A stretch of DNA of 64,000 nucleotides, from positions 117,304,001-117,368,000 of the forward strand of contig OZ024741.1 in assembly GCA_964016885.1 (NCBI GenBank), written 5' to 3'. The DNA is from Eledone cirrhosa. Lineage: Eukaryota. Both the position numbers and the translations under genes were made by a program. The notes under the pieces are model-generated. The model was given only the letters and a program-made list of their open reading frames with translations. It ran no database searches and was not told the origin of the DNA. Shown one piece after another: positions 27,087 through 42,589 of this stretch; positions within the stretch are counted from its first letter, which is position 1, and the number at the start of each line of letters is the position of its first letter.

Positions 27087-27417
27087 TGTCCCGTGACTCC
27101 TGAAGGAGCCGTAGGGTGCCGCATTGACATACAGTGTTTCCAGACCATTTTCAAACCTGGTGGTGGCCATCTCCACTCCAGGTCAGAATACAGAATATTT
27201 CTTCCAGATAAAGAAAGGAAGATAGGATGTGAGAGAAAGGGAGAAGGAGATATAGAGGAAGAATCTACCCCTGTACTAGACTAGTATTTTTTATCGAACT
27301 TGAATGGATGAAAGGCAAAGCTGATCTCTGCGGGATTTGAATTATGAGAGCAGACAGCTGAAAGGAATACTACAAAGCATTCCATCCTAACGTTGTAACG
27401 ACTGCCAAATTACTGCC
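27087..27417 (-). mobile_element. SINE with family A-like head and distinct structured 3' tail
   Basis: Homologous along its length to 43083-43405. Confidence 0.7.
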
Positions 27418-27522
27418 ACACACACACACACACACACACACCCATGCGTACACACACACACACGCGCGCGCGCGCACACGCACGCACACACATGCATACA
27501 CACGCACACACACACGCACACG

Positions 27523-27568
<46 letters not shown>

Positions 27569-27663
27569 CACACACACACATACATACACACACACACATA
27601 CACACACACACACACACATACACACACACACACACACGCACACACACACACACACGCACACGC

Positions 27664-27701
<38 letters not shown>

Positions 27702-27708
27702 ACACACA

Positions 27709-27802
<94 letters not shown>

Positions 27803-27810
27803 CATACACA
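27417..27810 (+). repeat. (CA)n/(CG)n compound microsatellite
   Basis: Direct reading. Confidence 0.95.
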
Positions 27811-27816
27811 CATATA

Positions 27817-28342
27817 TAGAATAGAATTAGGATGTAGCCTCAGGCATATCTGTATACAAATATTTATAGAAATTTTGTATTTCTAAAGAAACTCGGAATG
27901 TTTACAGGTAAACATTTAGAAAGCCGTAGCTACGCAAAAAACACCGGGGCTAACACGCCCTCTGTGACTGTCCAGCAGAGGCAATGGGGGACAATCGTCG
28001 ATGTATTTCTGACTGGCCCTCATCAGGACGATCCCAGCGATTGCTGGCCTTGAAAGCACTCAAAAATATATAGTTTTCTCGTCTGTGTAAATAAGCTATT
28101 TTATCTCATTTGGTTATGAAGCTGCATAAGTTGGGTGAACTTATGATAGAATAGAATTAGGATTTAGCTTCAGGCACAGCTGTATACAGATGTGTATAGA
28201 AATTTCGTATTTCTAATGAAACATTGTATGTTTACAGGTAAAACATTTAGAAAGCCGTAGCTATGCATTAGCCTCGATTCTTTTTGCATAGCTACCGCTT
28301 TCTAAATGTTTACCTGTAAACATTCCGTGTTTCTTTAGAAAT

Positions 28343-28410
<68 letters not shown>

Positions 28411-28424
28411 ATTTCTAAAGAAAC
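27817..28424 (-). mobile_element. retrozyme-like element, 330-nt period plus inverted tail
   Basis: TAGAATAGAATTAGGAT... recurs at 27817 and 28147 (about 120-bp direct repeat); inverted segment 28281-28345; family shared with 31771-32237. Confidence 0.8.
27994..28032 (-). ncRNA. type I hammerhead motif
   Basis: Minus strand: atcgtc CTGATGA gggccagtca GAAA taca TC gacgat; perfect 6-bp stem I, weak stem II. Confidence 0.7.
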
Positions 28425-29227
28425 ATATATATATATATAAATGCATATATATATATACACACATATGAAGGTATACATTCTTACATACATACATAGAAAC
28501 AAGCAAACACATCTCTTCTTTTTCTTCACCAAAGGTGAAGCATTTCTTTTGCTTTTTCTATTGACAAGAATACATGCGGCTCGCCACACCTACATACCTA
28601 TAGGTTTCTCCACTAACTGGAGCAGCTGTCCCAACCTATTGTCGAATTAATAGTCGATCGTCTGCGAAGCCACTGGCGCTCACGACGCCGAGCTCATGTA
28701 ATTAAACTGTTGATCGTTTCATGAGTTATTTCTTATGATGTAACAAGCAGGATGTTTATCGAGGCTTACTCCTTCAGATCTGACATGTTCTGATAGACCA
28801 TCCTATGATCACTCTATCAGCGGCACCTAGTGTAGGATGTGGCTTTTCACCACCCAGGTTGGTCTTCGAACTGAGAAAGGCTAGGTGCTCAACTTGAATG
28901 AAGTTCTCTGAGTGGCTTGTTGAACAGACAGTGGAACTCAGGGGTACTCCACAAAAGACCATCCAGTGCCAACCAATAACATCTACTACAGCTCTACACA
29001 CACTAATACATACAACTGCACTAAAAACAAAGGATACTGCAACAGTAACAACAACAAAATCAGTAGTAGTAACAACATCAACAACAGCAACAATTGCACA
29101 CAAAAAGACAGGGCAACAGTAACAACAGCAGCAGAAGAAGTAACAACAACACTAACAAAAGAGACAACACCAGTTACAATAACAAAAGCAACAGCAACAA
29201 CAACAACAGCAACAATAGATAAAACAA

Positions 29228-29416
29228 TAATTGTTTCTACTTTAGGCACAAGGCCAGCAATTACTCAGTACATTACTGGTACTTTATTTTATCGACCTCG
29301 TAAGGATGAAAGGCAAAGTTAACCTCGGCGGGATTTGAACTCAGACTGTAAAGGGACGTAACTATGCTAGAAAGCATGGCGTCCAACCCTCTACCGATAC
29401 TGCCAATTCACCGCCC
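29228..29416 (-). mobile_element. SINE family A, full length
   Basis: Matches family consensus; ATAAAACAATAAT on both sides. Confidence 0.9.
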
Positions 29417-29540
29417 TTAGATAAAACAATAATAAGAATGAGACTGTGATGATATCAACTGTCATGGATATCAACAATATTATTATAGTGTTGAATTGTA
29501 GGCATACACACATACACACACTCACACACATATACATATA

Positions 29541-29688
<148 letters not shown>

Positions 29689-29789
29689 AAAAGCAAACAG
29701 AAAAAAATAAAGGAAGCGACACAGTACAATGAAGAAATATATTAGTTTTACGCTTGATATACGAATATATATATGTATATATATAATAT

Positions 29790-29887
<98 letters not shown>

Positions 29888-30317
29888 TTTATATATATAT
29901 GTATATAGTTTATATATATATTAAATATGTGCCAAATATGTGCCTGGATACATTCCTGCCACTGTTTGAATACGCGTGTGTAAGAGCGTATACGTGTTTT
30001 GGTTATTGCTTATAGCAGTGTGTTTGTGTGTGTATTGTGTATATTATCTGTAACATCCAGAAGATCATTTTTCCACGACAGCCTGTGTGTTCATATGGAA
30101 AACATTAAAAGAGACTTCGTAGCCCGCTGTCCAAAGCTTGCCCCGTCACCCTCCACCACTAATGCTGTCCTGTAAACATCCGTTTGTTCACGTATGTTAT
30201 CATTTAGCTTTACCAGCCGACGTTTCAGTTTGAATTCGTTTCATCTCCCCCACTTGTTTTGATTTACCCCTATTTATTTCTTCATGCCTCCAACTCACTC
30301 ATCCCCACTCTACTTCG

Positions 30318-30385
<68 letters not shown>

Positions 30386-30434
30386 ATCTCTGTCTCTCTG
30401 TTTAACTATCTGTCTACCGATATATTTGTCTGTC

Positions 30435-30481
<47 letters not shown>

Positions 30482-30484
<3 letters not shown>

Positions 30485-30686
30485 AATTAAAAGATGGTTA
30501 AAAGAGTTCCATGTATTTTATTATGCGCATTTCAAAAACAAATATTCACAAGTGTTTTTTTAAGCATCATATCATGTCTCCCTATTTTATCTGATGAGAA
30601 CGCAAATATCGTCCCAGGATGATATTTGTTTTTGAAATGTGCATAATAAAATACATGGAACTTTTTTAACCATCTTTTAATTTCTT
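30482..30686. mobile_element. fold-back element with hammerhead
   Basis: Inverted arms about 30482-30545 and 30622-30686. Confidence 0.8.
30583..30653 (+). ncRNA. type I hammerhead ribozyme motif with long stem II
   Basis: tattttat CTGATGA gaacgcaaatatcgtc-ccag-gatgatatttgttttt GAAA tgtgca TA ataaaata; 8-bp stem I; the inverted arm has palindromic TGCGCA. Confidence 0.85.
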
Positions 30687-30789
30687 CTTATATATACTCC
30701 AGTCCAATAAACTTTTGAGTGCTACTTATCCGATATTTGCATTGCTTTATTGTTCTACAATAAAACTCACCTCCTACATTATATATATA

Positions 30790-31135
30790 TATATATGAAT
30801 GTATATATAGTGTATTTTGCAATACACTGTATGCTTAATTTAAAGCATTTCGAAGACCTTACGCTATTGTTTTAGAGTAGTGACAGTCTCACTTACATTA
30901 ATTTTCAGCAAACAGGGGAGATAAAGCTGACAGAGCTCTGTTTCGCACTTTTTGGTGCTTATCAAAGCCAACTACTCATGTCAGAGCTCTGTCAGCTTTA
31001 TCTCCCCTGTTTGCTGAAAATTAAAGTAAGTGAGACTGTCAATACTCTAAAACAATAGCGTAAGGTCTTCGAAATGGTTTAAATTAAGCATACAGTGAAT
31101 TGCAAAATACACTATATATACATTCATATATATAT
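30790..31135. mobile_element. fold-back element (~150-bp arms) in (TA)n
   Basis: Arms 30790-30940 and 30982-31135. Confidence 0.85.
30925..30969 (-). ncRNA. type I hammerhead motif, core mutated
   Basis: Minus strand: ggct TTGATAA gcac-caaaaa-gtgc GAAA cagagctctg TC agct. Confidence 0.65.
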
Positions 31136-31157
31136 CGGTATTTCAGAGCACCAAATC

Positions 31158-31196
<39 letters not shown>

Positions 31197-31221
31197 CTAT
31201 AAGTATGATTCCCTCTATATA

Positions 31222-31255
<34 letters not shown>

Positions 31256-31279
31256 CAAGTGTGAATGTGTATGTATGTA

Positions 31280-31523
31280 CAGGGACGGTGGAAGCATTTC
31301 TGAATTCGGGTGGCCAAATTTGGACAATTTAGTTGTAGAGATTAGTTTAGCTCTTTGCACTCTAAGATGGTCAGAAACCTTCGATATGCGATAAACATGA
31401 CATGTACATAAATTGTAGCGCATATCCAAATAGATGTGTGTTTTGTTAGTTTGGGGAGAAAATATCATTATTGGAGGGGGGGCATGCACCCCCGCCCCCA
31501 TCCCCCCAGTTTCACCGTCACTG
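31280..31523. mobile_element. hAT-like MITE
   Basis: 14-bp imperfect TIR CAGGGACGGTGGAA / TTTCACCGTCACTG; subterminal GGGGGGGCATGCACCCCC; no TSD recognised. Confidence 0.5.
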
Positions 31524-31635
31524 AATATATATAATTTTAAAAAATGATGCTCCGTGCCCTTTCCTAAGTGGTCAATATATTGAGCTGCTTTGCATTTGGT
31601 AAAGAAACTGGTAATATACCCTATTTATTCATCTC

Positions 31636-32237
<602 letters not shown>

Positions 32238-32589
32238 CGCAATACCCATCAGATAGATAAAATCTGCATGCCCTTCCTGGCTCCCTAAAAGGCAGGGGTG
32301 GATCTTCACAATGGACTCGTCTGATATCCGGATCCGTTCTACATGTGATTAGCAATAATAATTCTACTCCTTTATGACCAAGTGTTCAAAACCCGTTGGT
32401 GCTGCCCCCCTTTCTTCGCCATCACTCAGCTCGCCACACAGGCACTGTTGACGTTGTCATGTGGTAACGGTGTTTAGTTGCACTTTTCGATGTTGAAATC
32501 GTTGTCTCGGCATCACCGGTAGTCAAAATATCATTACCATAATAATTGTTAATATAGGAACCTATTTCCGTTGGTTAAGGCTTAACCAA

Positions 32590-32845
32590 TAGTGGTTAGG
32601 GTTTTAGGATCATGATCGTAAGTTCGATTCCCGGTAGTGAAAAGTCTTATTTGTCGGGACGCTTTATTTCACTTTGGTCCAATCCACTCAGCTGGTAAAA
32701 ATTATTTGTACAAGGAATTAAAAAAAAAATGTTAAAAGTACACGTGTCTGTAGAGTGCTCAGCCACTTGCACATTAATATTATGAGCAGGTTGTTAAGTT
32801 GTACAAACAACTGGAACACTTGTCATCGTAACCGATGGAGGTACG
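32590..32845 (+). mobile_element. SINE family B copy, diverged
   Basis: agtggttaggg, AAGTTCGATTCCCGG, ccactcagctgg, ctcagccacttgcacattaat. Confidence 0.7.
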
Positions 32846-33224
32846 ACAAAAATAATTTTTTCTGTTCTATTTTCATTTACAACTTTGAATAAAATATTTT
32901 TCTTTACACTTCCAAAAATGTATCACTTTCTGTCCATATCTTAAAAATCAGAAATATTTCAAATCATTGTTTTCTGCATTTTACTGCACGTTATGTTTCC
33001 CACAGAATGTTACCTATGTTGTTGTTTATACACTCCCACTCTGTCATATAAACCATACTTCAGTCAGCCTGATAAGTTCCTCTTCCATTGTGGACAAGTA
33101 GCTCAAGAAACCAAGTATTTTGATATGGGAAATGCGTGGAAGAAATCCCCACAAAAATTACATATTATTATGTAGCATTGAAAGTGCCCTAATGATAATA
33201 TATGCATATCACTAGGAATGTTCG

Positions 33225-33385
33225 AGGAAGAGGAAATTTGAGGAAGTCGACACCAGTTTTTCGCTGGTACTTTATTTCATCACCCTCCGAAGAATGAAAA
33301 GGAAAGTTGACCTCAGTCGGATTTGAATTCAGAAAGTCAAGAACCGGAACAAACAGAACAAAACATTCTGTCCGACGCTTTAGCA
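33225..33385 (-). mobile_element. diverged SINE family A-related copy
   Basis: tggtactttattt..gaatgaaaaggaaagttgacctcagtcggatttgaa. Confidence 0.65.
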
Positions 33386-34479
33386 CTAATTGGTCCCTCT
33401 CATTTTTATTTTTAAATTTCTGAAAAAATAATGTCTATTTTTTTAAAAATAACAACGGTTGATTTTATAAAAGAAACTTTTTTATTATGACTGAATGAGT
33501 TGTTTATTATAGGATAGACAAATATTCAGTCCGGTTGTAAAATTCGAGAATCAACGAGATCTCATTAACAGTCAACAATCACACCTTGGATTTACAATAA
33601 GGTGTTACGGCCAAAGGAATTTTTTTAACCTAATTAAAGCACAGAATATATTGAACTCCGACAAGTAGAACTTTTTAACCAAAAATTTATAATTGTTTTG
33701 ATATTAATATAGATAGAACATATTCTATTTTATTTTACTAAATTTATATCGTGCAGCGTTGGAAAAAAAAAATTTTCTAAACCTTATTGTATTAAAATAT
33801 TCCAGAATGTCCTAAAATAAGCTAGAAAAACAGTTCTATTATTACATTTCTCTTGGGGGTGGATGTGATAATAAATTTTGAAAACAAAAAGCAAATGATA
33901 GACTTTAACGACGAAGGTTTTGGTGCAAAATAAAACATTTGCCATCAATATATAAAAGACCAGCACTGAAACCTGGGATTAAGGATTTAAAGTTTATGCG
34001 TTTTCTAGACCTTAAATTCTGAAATTTGAGAGCCTCAAAATCCTTAGAGGAGGGAGGTGAACATCACTTTTGTCCTGTGTTGCAAACTTTCAATCCCAGG
34101 TCTTGTATACACACTGATTGTTTTTCCGGTGGGTCATACTATCGACACACACACACATTATTTATTGACTACCATAAAAATTTATTTTTCGATACAATAC
34201 ATAGAGTAATGTATGAAGTAATAATTGACATTTGTACAAGTGAAAAAGTGTCACCGTGTTTGAACATTTGTACCAATATAAGCTAAGTACTAGTCCAGCA
34301 CTGTGGTCGCTTCTTCCTTTATATTTCTTTCTTACTTCTCTACAACACTCTTTCTTTGTTTGGAAGAAATCGGCTATGTTCATATCAGGAGGCGAAAGGA
34401 TGGACTCCACCATGTTTTAAAAATACGATATGCTGTATGTCACCATTGTGCCTCTACAATGCCATCGAGTTACGGTTCT

Positions 34480-34585
<106 letters not shown>

Positions 34586-34956
34586 TTATATATATGCACA
34601 CAGAATAATTACAAGTCTAGATCATATACATAGTCCCCATTATTTAGGCTACTGTTTTAGCGATCTTTTAAGTTGCAACGTTTGAATAACAGATGTGTCG
34701 TTAAACACCACTTTTAGTACATTTGTTTGAAATTATAATTATTTCAGCTAAATCTTTAACAATTGTCACTAGTTGTTGTTGCTGCTTTCTTTACATAGAA
34801 GCCATGAAAGGTTGCAGTAGTAATACTAAATCATATGTGGACAACGAGGAAGTGAATTACATCATAAATACCACTGCATGACATTAACTCATCTCCTGTT
34901 CGGTTAACTATGTCTGAAAACACTATAACGTTGCGATTTTAAACCTGACATTGACA

Positions 34957-35042
<86 letters not shown>

Positions 35043-35582
35043 GAAATATATAAATTTATTACTTTTCTTGTTACTATAGTTTCATATTCAAAATAATTTG
35101 TTTCACCTCTCAACTTTAAATTCTGTTAATTTGTCGTATTAATATTCGCACCAAATCTCCGGTAAATGGGAATTGTTTCCACCAATCACAAGGGCCGTGA
35201 AAATAATCATGATCGTTTCCCTTCCTTTTCTGACTAACCCTTACATTTTTTAGAAACCGACGTTTAAGTTATACAAAGCTAAAGTTTGTCGCGATGAGTG
35301 TAGAGTCTATCCTAGTGATTGTTAAACGGTGCACGGTAAGGGGCATCTAAGTACACAACAGATTTTTAAATATATAAACAGCTTAGAAAATCAATTTTAA
35401 TACTTGAGTGTCGTGAAAAATGTATTATTCATAATTTGGTATTTATTTTTATTATTACGTCCGCCTCAAAGACTGTAATAGTAAAATGATTTTAATTTTA
35501 AGGGTAGTTAGTGTATAAGTTTGATTAACATTTTTGAAAGAATGTGGCCTTCAAAACCGTTGTATATTACTTGTTTTCTGTA

Positions 35583-36337
<755 letters not shown>

Positions 36338-36514
36338 AACATTTGTAATATGTTAATAAATGTGAGATGATGAGATGATGCAACACTGATTCCTCGTTCT
36401 TTATAATATTATACTCTGCTCTGCACGGGCATCGTGTGCTTAATCGGCATACCGCCTACGGACGCATTTACCTTGCAACCCTACAACTCTATATATATAT
36501 GTATATATAAATAT

Positions 36515-36567
<53 letters not shown>

Positions 36568-36666
36568 CATGTTGGCATATATATATATACATATGCATGC
36601 ATATATATATATAATACACACACACACATACATCTATGTATATATCTATCTATGTATATATCTATC

Positions 36667-36737
<71 letters not shown>

Positions 36738-37430
36738 TTATATACGTACATACGTACGTCCACACATACATGCGTTCGTACATACGTACTTACGTACCGT
36801 GAGAAATTTCAATGATGTCACTGTGATGGTTTGTCAAGTTAGTCAGATGATGAAAGGGTGTGAGATAAAAGATGTGACAAGAGAAAGTACGAATGACTGA
36901 CTGTCTATCTATCTGGCTGGCTGATTCGGCTATGAGACAAAAAAAAAAGTGTAGGCAGTAAGGAATGGTTTTTATACTTTGACAGTGGTGACAGACGAAA
37001 TGTCAAATTACTCTCCAACTCGAGAATAAAAAAAAAAAATAGAGACATTTTTTTAAAAAGAAATATAGTAATATAGTAAATAAAGAGAAGGAAATAGTGA
37101 CCTTCAGAAGAGGAGCCAAAACAACGTCCTGCCAGATGAAAAAAGTGACTGGAAAAGCAGCCGAAACGGAACTAATTAGTAAAAAATAGAGGTGATAGAT
37201 GTAATAAGATTGGTTTCACACTTGGAATAAACAGAACGACATGTTGACTGTTGGAACGGACGAAAAGAAAAACAAAATGAACAAAAAGTAAAATATAATA
37301 AAGATATTTTATGTTTTTAAACTGTAAATGAAGCTGTGAATAAACTCTTACATACGTATATACGTGTATATTTACATATGTCAATACATTCGTTCATATG
37401 TACGTATATGTATATACACATAATTGTATG

Positions 37431-37472
<42 letters not shown>

Positions 37473-37864
37473 CATACAATTATGTGTATATACATATATA
37501 TATATACATACAATTATCTGTGTATATATATATATATTATTGAGTAAAATGACAGGAGGCTGGACTGGTGAAGTTCCTTCAAAAAATTTATTACAAACAC
37601 TATGCACATTTCAATGACCAGGTTCCGCAGGATCCTGGTGATATCACAGAACTGGTCATTCCGCATAGTCAACTGTGATGTAATAAAATGAAAAACACTC
37701 GACGTAATGCAACCCATCCCATACGGAATGACCAGTTCTCTCAAGTGGTGAACCAACAAACCTAAATAAATATACATATACATACAAGATGTCCCCAAAA
37801 ATATATACACAAAACATCTTTAAAAAAAAGCATTAAAATAAATTCTGTTTTATATGCATTATTT

Positions 37865-38044
37865 TGGCAGTATCGGTAGAGGGTCGGACGCCATGCTTTC
37901 CAGCATAGTTACGTCCCTTTACGATCTGAGTTCAAATCCCGCCGAGGTTGACTTTGCCTTTCATCCTTACGGGGTCGATAAAATAAAGTACCAGTAATGC
38001 ACTCTGGGTAATTGCTGGCCTTGTGCCTAAAATAGAAACAATTA
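37865..38044 (+). mobile_element. SINE family A, near full length
   Basis: TTGGCAGTATCGGTAGAGGGTCGGACGCCATG...GAGTTCAAATCCCGCCGAGG...TAGAAACAATTAT. Confidence 0.9.
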
Positions 38045-38187
38045 TTTAAATTATGTTAACGTTTTAGAGTGTTCACTTACAATTGAATTATGCCTGTACA
38101 TCATTTTATTTGTGGGAAAGGTTGTGCATTCTAATAAATATTGCCTGTACAAGTAATCAAAGTGTGCATACATTTTTGGGGGAGACC

Positions 38188-38223
<36 letters not shown>

Positions 38224-38329
38224 GTGATGATGAACACTGAGATGAGCCTTGGATGTAAATTAAAATCGTATTTGAAGAATATTACACTATATGTGTATAT
38301 ACACACAAGTACGTATAGTTTGTGTGTAT

Positions 38330-38476
38330 TACTTTATTTTATCGACCCCGTAAGGATGAAAGGCAGTGAATCCCGCCGAGGTCAACTTGCCTTTCATCCT
38401 TACGGGGTCGATAAAATAAAGTACCAGTAATGTACTGGGTAATTGCTGGCCTTGTGCCAATAGTAGAAACAATTAT
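38330..38476 (+). mobile_element. 5'-inverted truncated SINE family A (hairpin)
   Basis: 38330-38365 is the reverse complement of 38388-38423. Confidence 0.85.
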
Positions 38477-38674
38477 TTAATGTTTTGCAGTAGTGTCAGA
38501 TTTCTGAGTTATTTCATTACGAAATGTCACATCGCTCTATGATCGTCTTTTATCCCATACGGTTATTAACGTGATTATGATTTCAAAGATCAATTTATCT
38601 TTCGATGCATTTTACTTTCCTCTTTCCAGTCAGGTTCTCCATACAACACGTTTTATTTATTTTTTATGAAAATC

Positions 38675-38790
<116 letters not shown>

Positions 38791-38809
38791 ATATATATAT
38801 AAGAAAGAA

Positions 38810-38975
38810 AGTGTGGTAAGAAAGCAGGTGGACCATAACGTACCAGAGTACTCGATACTTAGGGTAGTAGAGTGGGTAATAGGAAAAGAGCCCGGACCTC
38901 GACGGCTGAGCTCCGGCCGTTTCGACAGCTAAAACGGCCGGAGCTCAGCCGTCGAGGTCCTGACTCTTTTCCTAT
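38810..38975. mobile_element. fold-back terminus of the Penelope-like family seen at 20616-21170
   Basis: 38815-38930 is homologous to the reverse complement of 21048-21163; palindrome 38879-38975; TA-flanked. Confidence 0.85.
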
Positions 38976-39443
38976 ATATATATATATATATTCATACATA
39001 TATATTCATACATATATATTCGTATCATTCATCTTTATGAAGCCCTTCACTAACGCTTTGCATGAAAATTATTTACGTCATATATGTGAAATATGCATAT
39101 ACATTATATACACGCACATATATATATTATTATATGCTGAGTTTTGTGTATATGTGTGTTGAATTAGCTATGTTTGAATGTGCGTAAAGAAAAATTCGTT
39201 TGGTCTTTAAATGTCAATCTTTCTGTGTCACTGTGTTTCGGCTTCACCGTTTTCCCCAGCTTCCTCTTTATCCTGCATATCCCCCACCCCTGTCTCTCTC
39301 ACAGACACACACTCGCTTTCTTCTAAGAGTGTATATATATACATATATATAAATATATATATGTATATATGCATATATATATGTATATATATATGTATAT
39401 ATATCTATATATCTATATGTATATATATATGTATATGTATATG

Positions 39444-39518
<75 letters not shown>

Positions 39519-39607
39519 TTCTGTCATTCACTCTTCAACATCTTTCGAAATATTTAAAATTGTTCCCGTCAAATTTCCTCACTACCCTAACGCTTCAATG
39601 CTTGTTT

Positions 39608-39642
<35 letters not shown>

Positions 39643-39829
39643 CTGTGGGTGGGTGTGTGTAATCATTCACTATTTTTCCTTCTAAACTGTATATAATATA
39701 AACAAAATCAACAAACCATAGACAATAAATAGAAACTAAATAAATAGCAGTTGTCTGGAAGCAGATTTAATGCGTTCTACTATAGCTAATTAATTATATT
39801 CTTATTGGACTGATATATAAAGCACTATC

Positions 39830-40085
39830 AGCGGAGCCTTTGGATGGAATGCCTTGCGTTATTTAGATACGAATCTTTACATTCTGTATTCAAAACACAA
39901 ATTCTGCTCAAGTCAAACTTTGCCTTTCATCCTTATAAGATCGAAAAAGTGTTAGTCAAATACTAGAGTAGATTTAATCAGCCTTTTCTGTTCTGCGTTC
40001 GAATTCTGCTGAGGTCAACTTTGCCTTTCATCCTTCTGAGATAGATAAAATAAAGTACTGGGATCGATATAACCGACTCTTTCCC
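39830..40085 (+). mobile_element. two diverged SINE family A-related fragments
   Basis: ctttgcctttcatcctt occurs twice; gataaaataaagtac. Confidence 0.6.
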
Positions 40086-40644
40086 CACCTTATGCTATTC
40101 TGCTGTTTAGCTACATATCTACCCTGATCGAACTGTCATATGATCTGCTGCCGTTTAGCTCCATGTTTACCCTGATCATTATCAAATGCATCTAAATTGA
40201 TGGGTTTTTTTATTTAGCTGCTATTTCGTAGCAGTCGAACGATCACTTTGAGAATTTTCTCTCTGGAAATGTTATTCTAAGCCCAATTCTGACCAAATCT
40301 TTCCAGCTGCGAACATATGACAATAACACAAAACCACATCGTCCAAGAGATCTTTATCTAAAACTTTTGAAGATTTCGCTATTATTTCTAGCAGGTCAGG
40401 AATCACTTACAGGGTCATTCTCTACATATGTGGTATCAGTAGAGAAGGGTGGTGATGGTGTAGTTAGATGAATTAGAATAGAAATGTCAACGACAAGAAT
40501 AACAATATTAAAATTCAACTTCTAAAGTGACTTTGTCAATTATACTTACATTCTATAGTAACAACCCGAATGACATTTTTTACATTTCAAAAGAGGAAAA
40601 ACGAGAACTGAAGATGGGACTGTCAGTGAATTCGTGAATGGCTC

Positions 40645-40711
<67 letters not shown>

Positions 40712-41767
40712 GCGTGCGTGTCTGTTACTGTGATTCTTTATGCATGTATGTGTGATTCTCAAAGCATGTGTGAATGTGTCTGTGCATTTGTGTCTATGCA
40801 CGTGTGTGTCTCTCTATGCATATGTGTATGCACCTGTATACCTATGTCTATTAGTGTGTGTGTGTGTATGTGTCACTACAGTTTACACGTGTATGAATTT
40901 ATTAATCACATATAAATATCTTTGCCGCGTAGTAGCATTATCCAAAGCGTTGGAAAGGGTCGTATGGTCTGATGATCTGTCACATGATTTGACGTGGATG
41001 AGTGTAAACTTTGTAGAGTGTAAAAACTGTGAACATGCAGAGTTAGTAATTTTCTTAGTGTAGTCAGATCAAGAAGTGTCAAAAGCTAGGTTCGCCAGCT
41101 TACCAAACTTTAAGTTGAAGTTAATTTATTTGGGAGACGGGGTACGCAACTGGAATAATGGGGTGTATATTGTATGGCTAGATTAAGGTGCTAAATACCC
41201 AGGCGCCGGCTCTGGGTAATACAAATAAAAATGTCTTCAAATGATACCCAGTCCTTATAAGGAAATGGCATAAACTCTTTAATTTTCTTCTACCATTTCC
41301 CAATTCTCCTTAAACGGATGACCGACTATCAGCACATTCCATAACTTCAGTTTCTTCATTCTAGTTAAACTTGGCCCTTGTTTTCTTTCTCTCAGAGACT
41401 TGCTCTCAATTAAATATGAGGAATTTTGATAGGGGATATATCGTAAAATGTGAGGTAGACTCCAGTAAACATCGACGTGTTTCTAATTTTAGTGTCCAGT
41501 CTCCTTTTCTAAAGGTTCTTGTGTCTAGGGTTGAAAGTAGGTTGACCTGTTGAAAATATTTATTCATCTATGTAATGTCGTTATCTTCCAAATTATTCTG
41601 CTTCAAGGAAACAGATTTCACTTCGACTAAACACTTCGTTGTTTAAAGAATTTCCCTCCTCAGAATAGAATATAAACAAGAAAAGTAAACATTTTGGGAA
41701 TTTATAATAATAATAAAATGATGATGATGATAATAATAATAATTATTATTATTATACTAATTTCCCA

Positions 41768-41875
41768 CTAAGGGCCCACGGCGTTGTGTGCAACACAAAG
41801 ACGAAAAACAACATGGTGGGGTTTACATCGAATAAAGCGAAAGGAAAGGGAATAATGATGATATTAACAATATCT
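41768..41875. repeat. dispersed repeat also at about 50941-51050
   Basis: AAGGGCCCACGGC...ACGAAAAACAACA...GGGTTTACATCGAATAAAG...GGAAAGGGAATAATGATGATA. Confidence 0.75.
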
Positions 41876-42204
41876 ATAATGATGATGATCATGATAAGTT
41901 CCTTTATTGCTACAATGGCTGGTGATAATAATGACGGTGGTGGAAATGTGTGGTAAGGATAGTTGTGGTGATGGTGGTGATGGTAACGATGGTGGTAAGG
42001 CGATGGCAGTGAGAACGATAGTGGAAATGTTGGTAGTGGTAAGTGGTGGTGAGGATGATAGTAAGGATAGGCGTGGTGGTGTGTATTATTCTAGATAACT
42101 GAATAGTAGGTTATTTTGTGGGGAGGGGGGGGGGGCAATTTTATCCTCCAAGATATTGGTTATGTGGAGAATTTGTGATCTTGGCGACCAAGATTGCAAT
42201 AATA

Positions 42205-42421
42205 ATGGCTTCTGATTTAGGCACAAGGCCAGCAATTTTAGGGGAGGGGAAAGTCGATTAAAACGACCCAGTGCATTACTGGTACTTTACTTTATCGACC
42301 CCGTAAGGATGAAAGGCAAAGCTAACCTCAGCGGGATTTCAACTCAGACCGTAAAAGGCCGTAACTCCATACTGCAAAGCATGGTGTCCGGGCCTCTACC
42401 ATTACTGTGAATCTACCGCCC
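42205..42421 (-). mobile_element. SINE family A, full length
   Basis: Matches family consensus. Confidence 0.85.
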
Positions 42422-42589
42422 TATGGTGACAATGTTGTTGCTGCTGATGATGATGACGATGATGAAGAGAAGGATTATAATAAACAAGTTAATGAAAGCT
42501 GATAATGGTAAATATGATGGCTACCAACTCTCTGATATGTGGAATGTAATGGCACTTGGATTTCTAGCTCAGGTGTCCACAAATATGCT

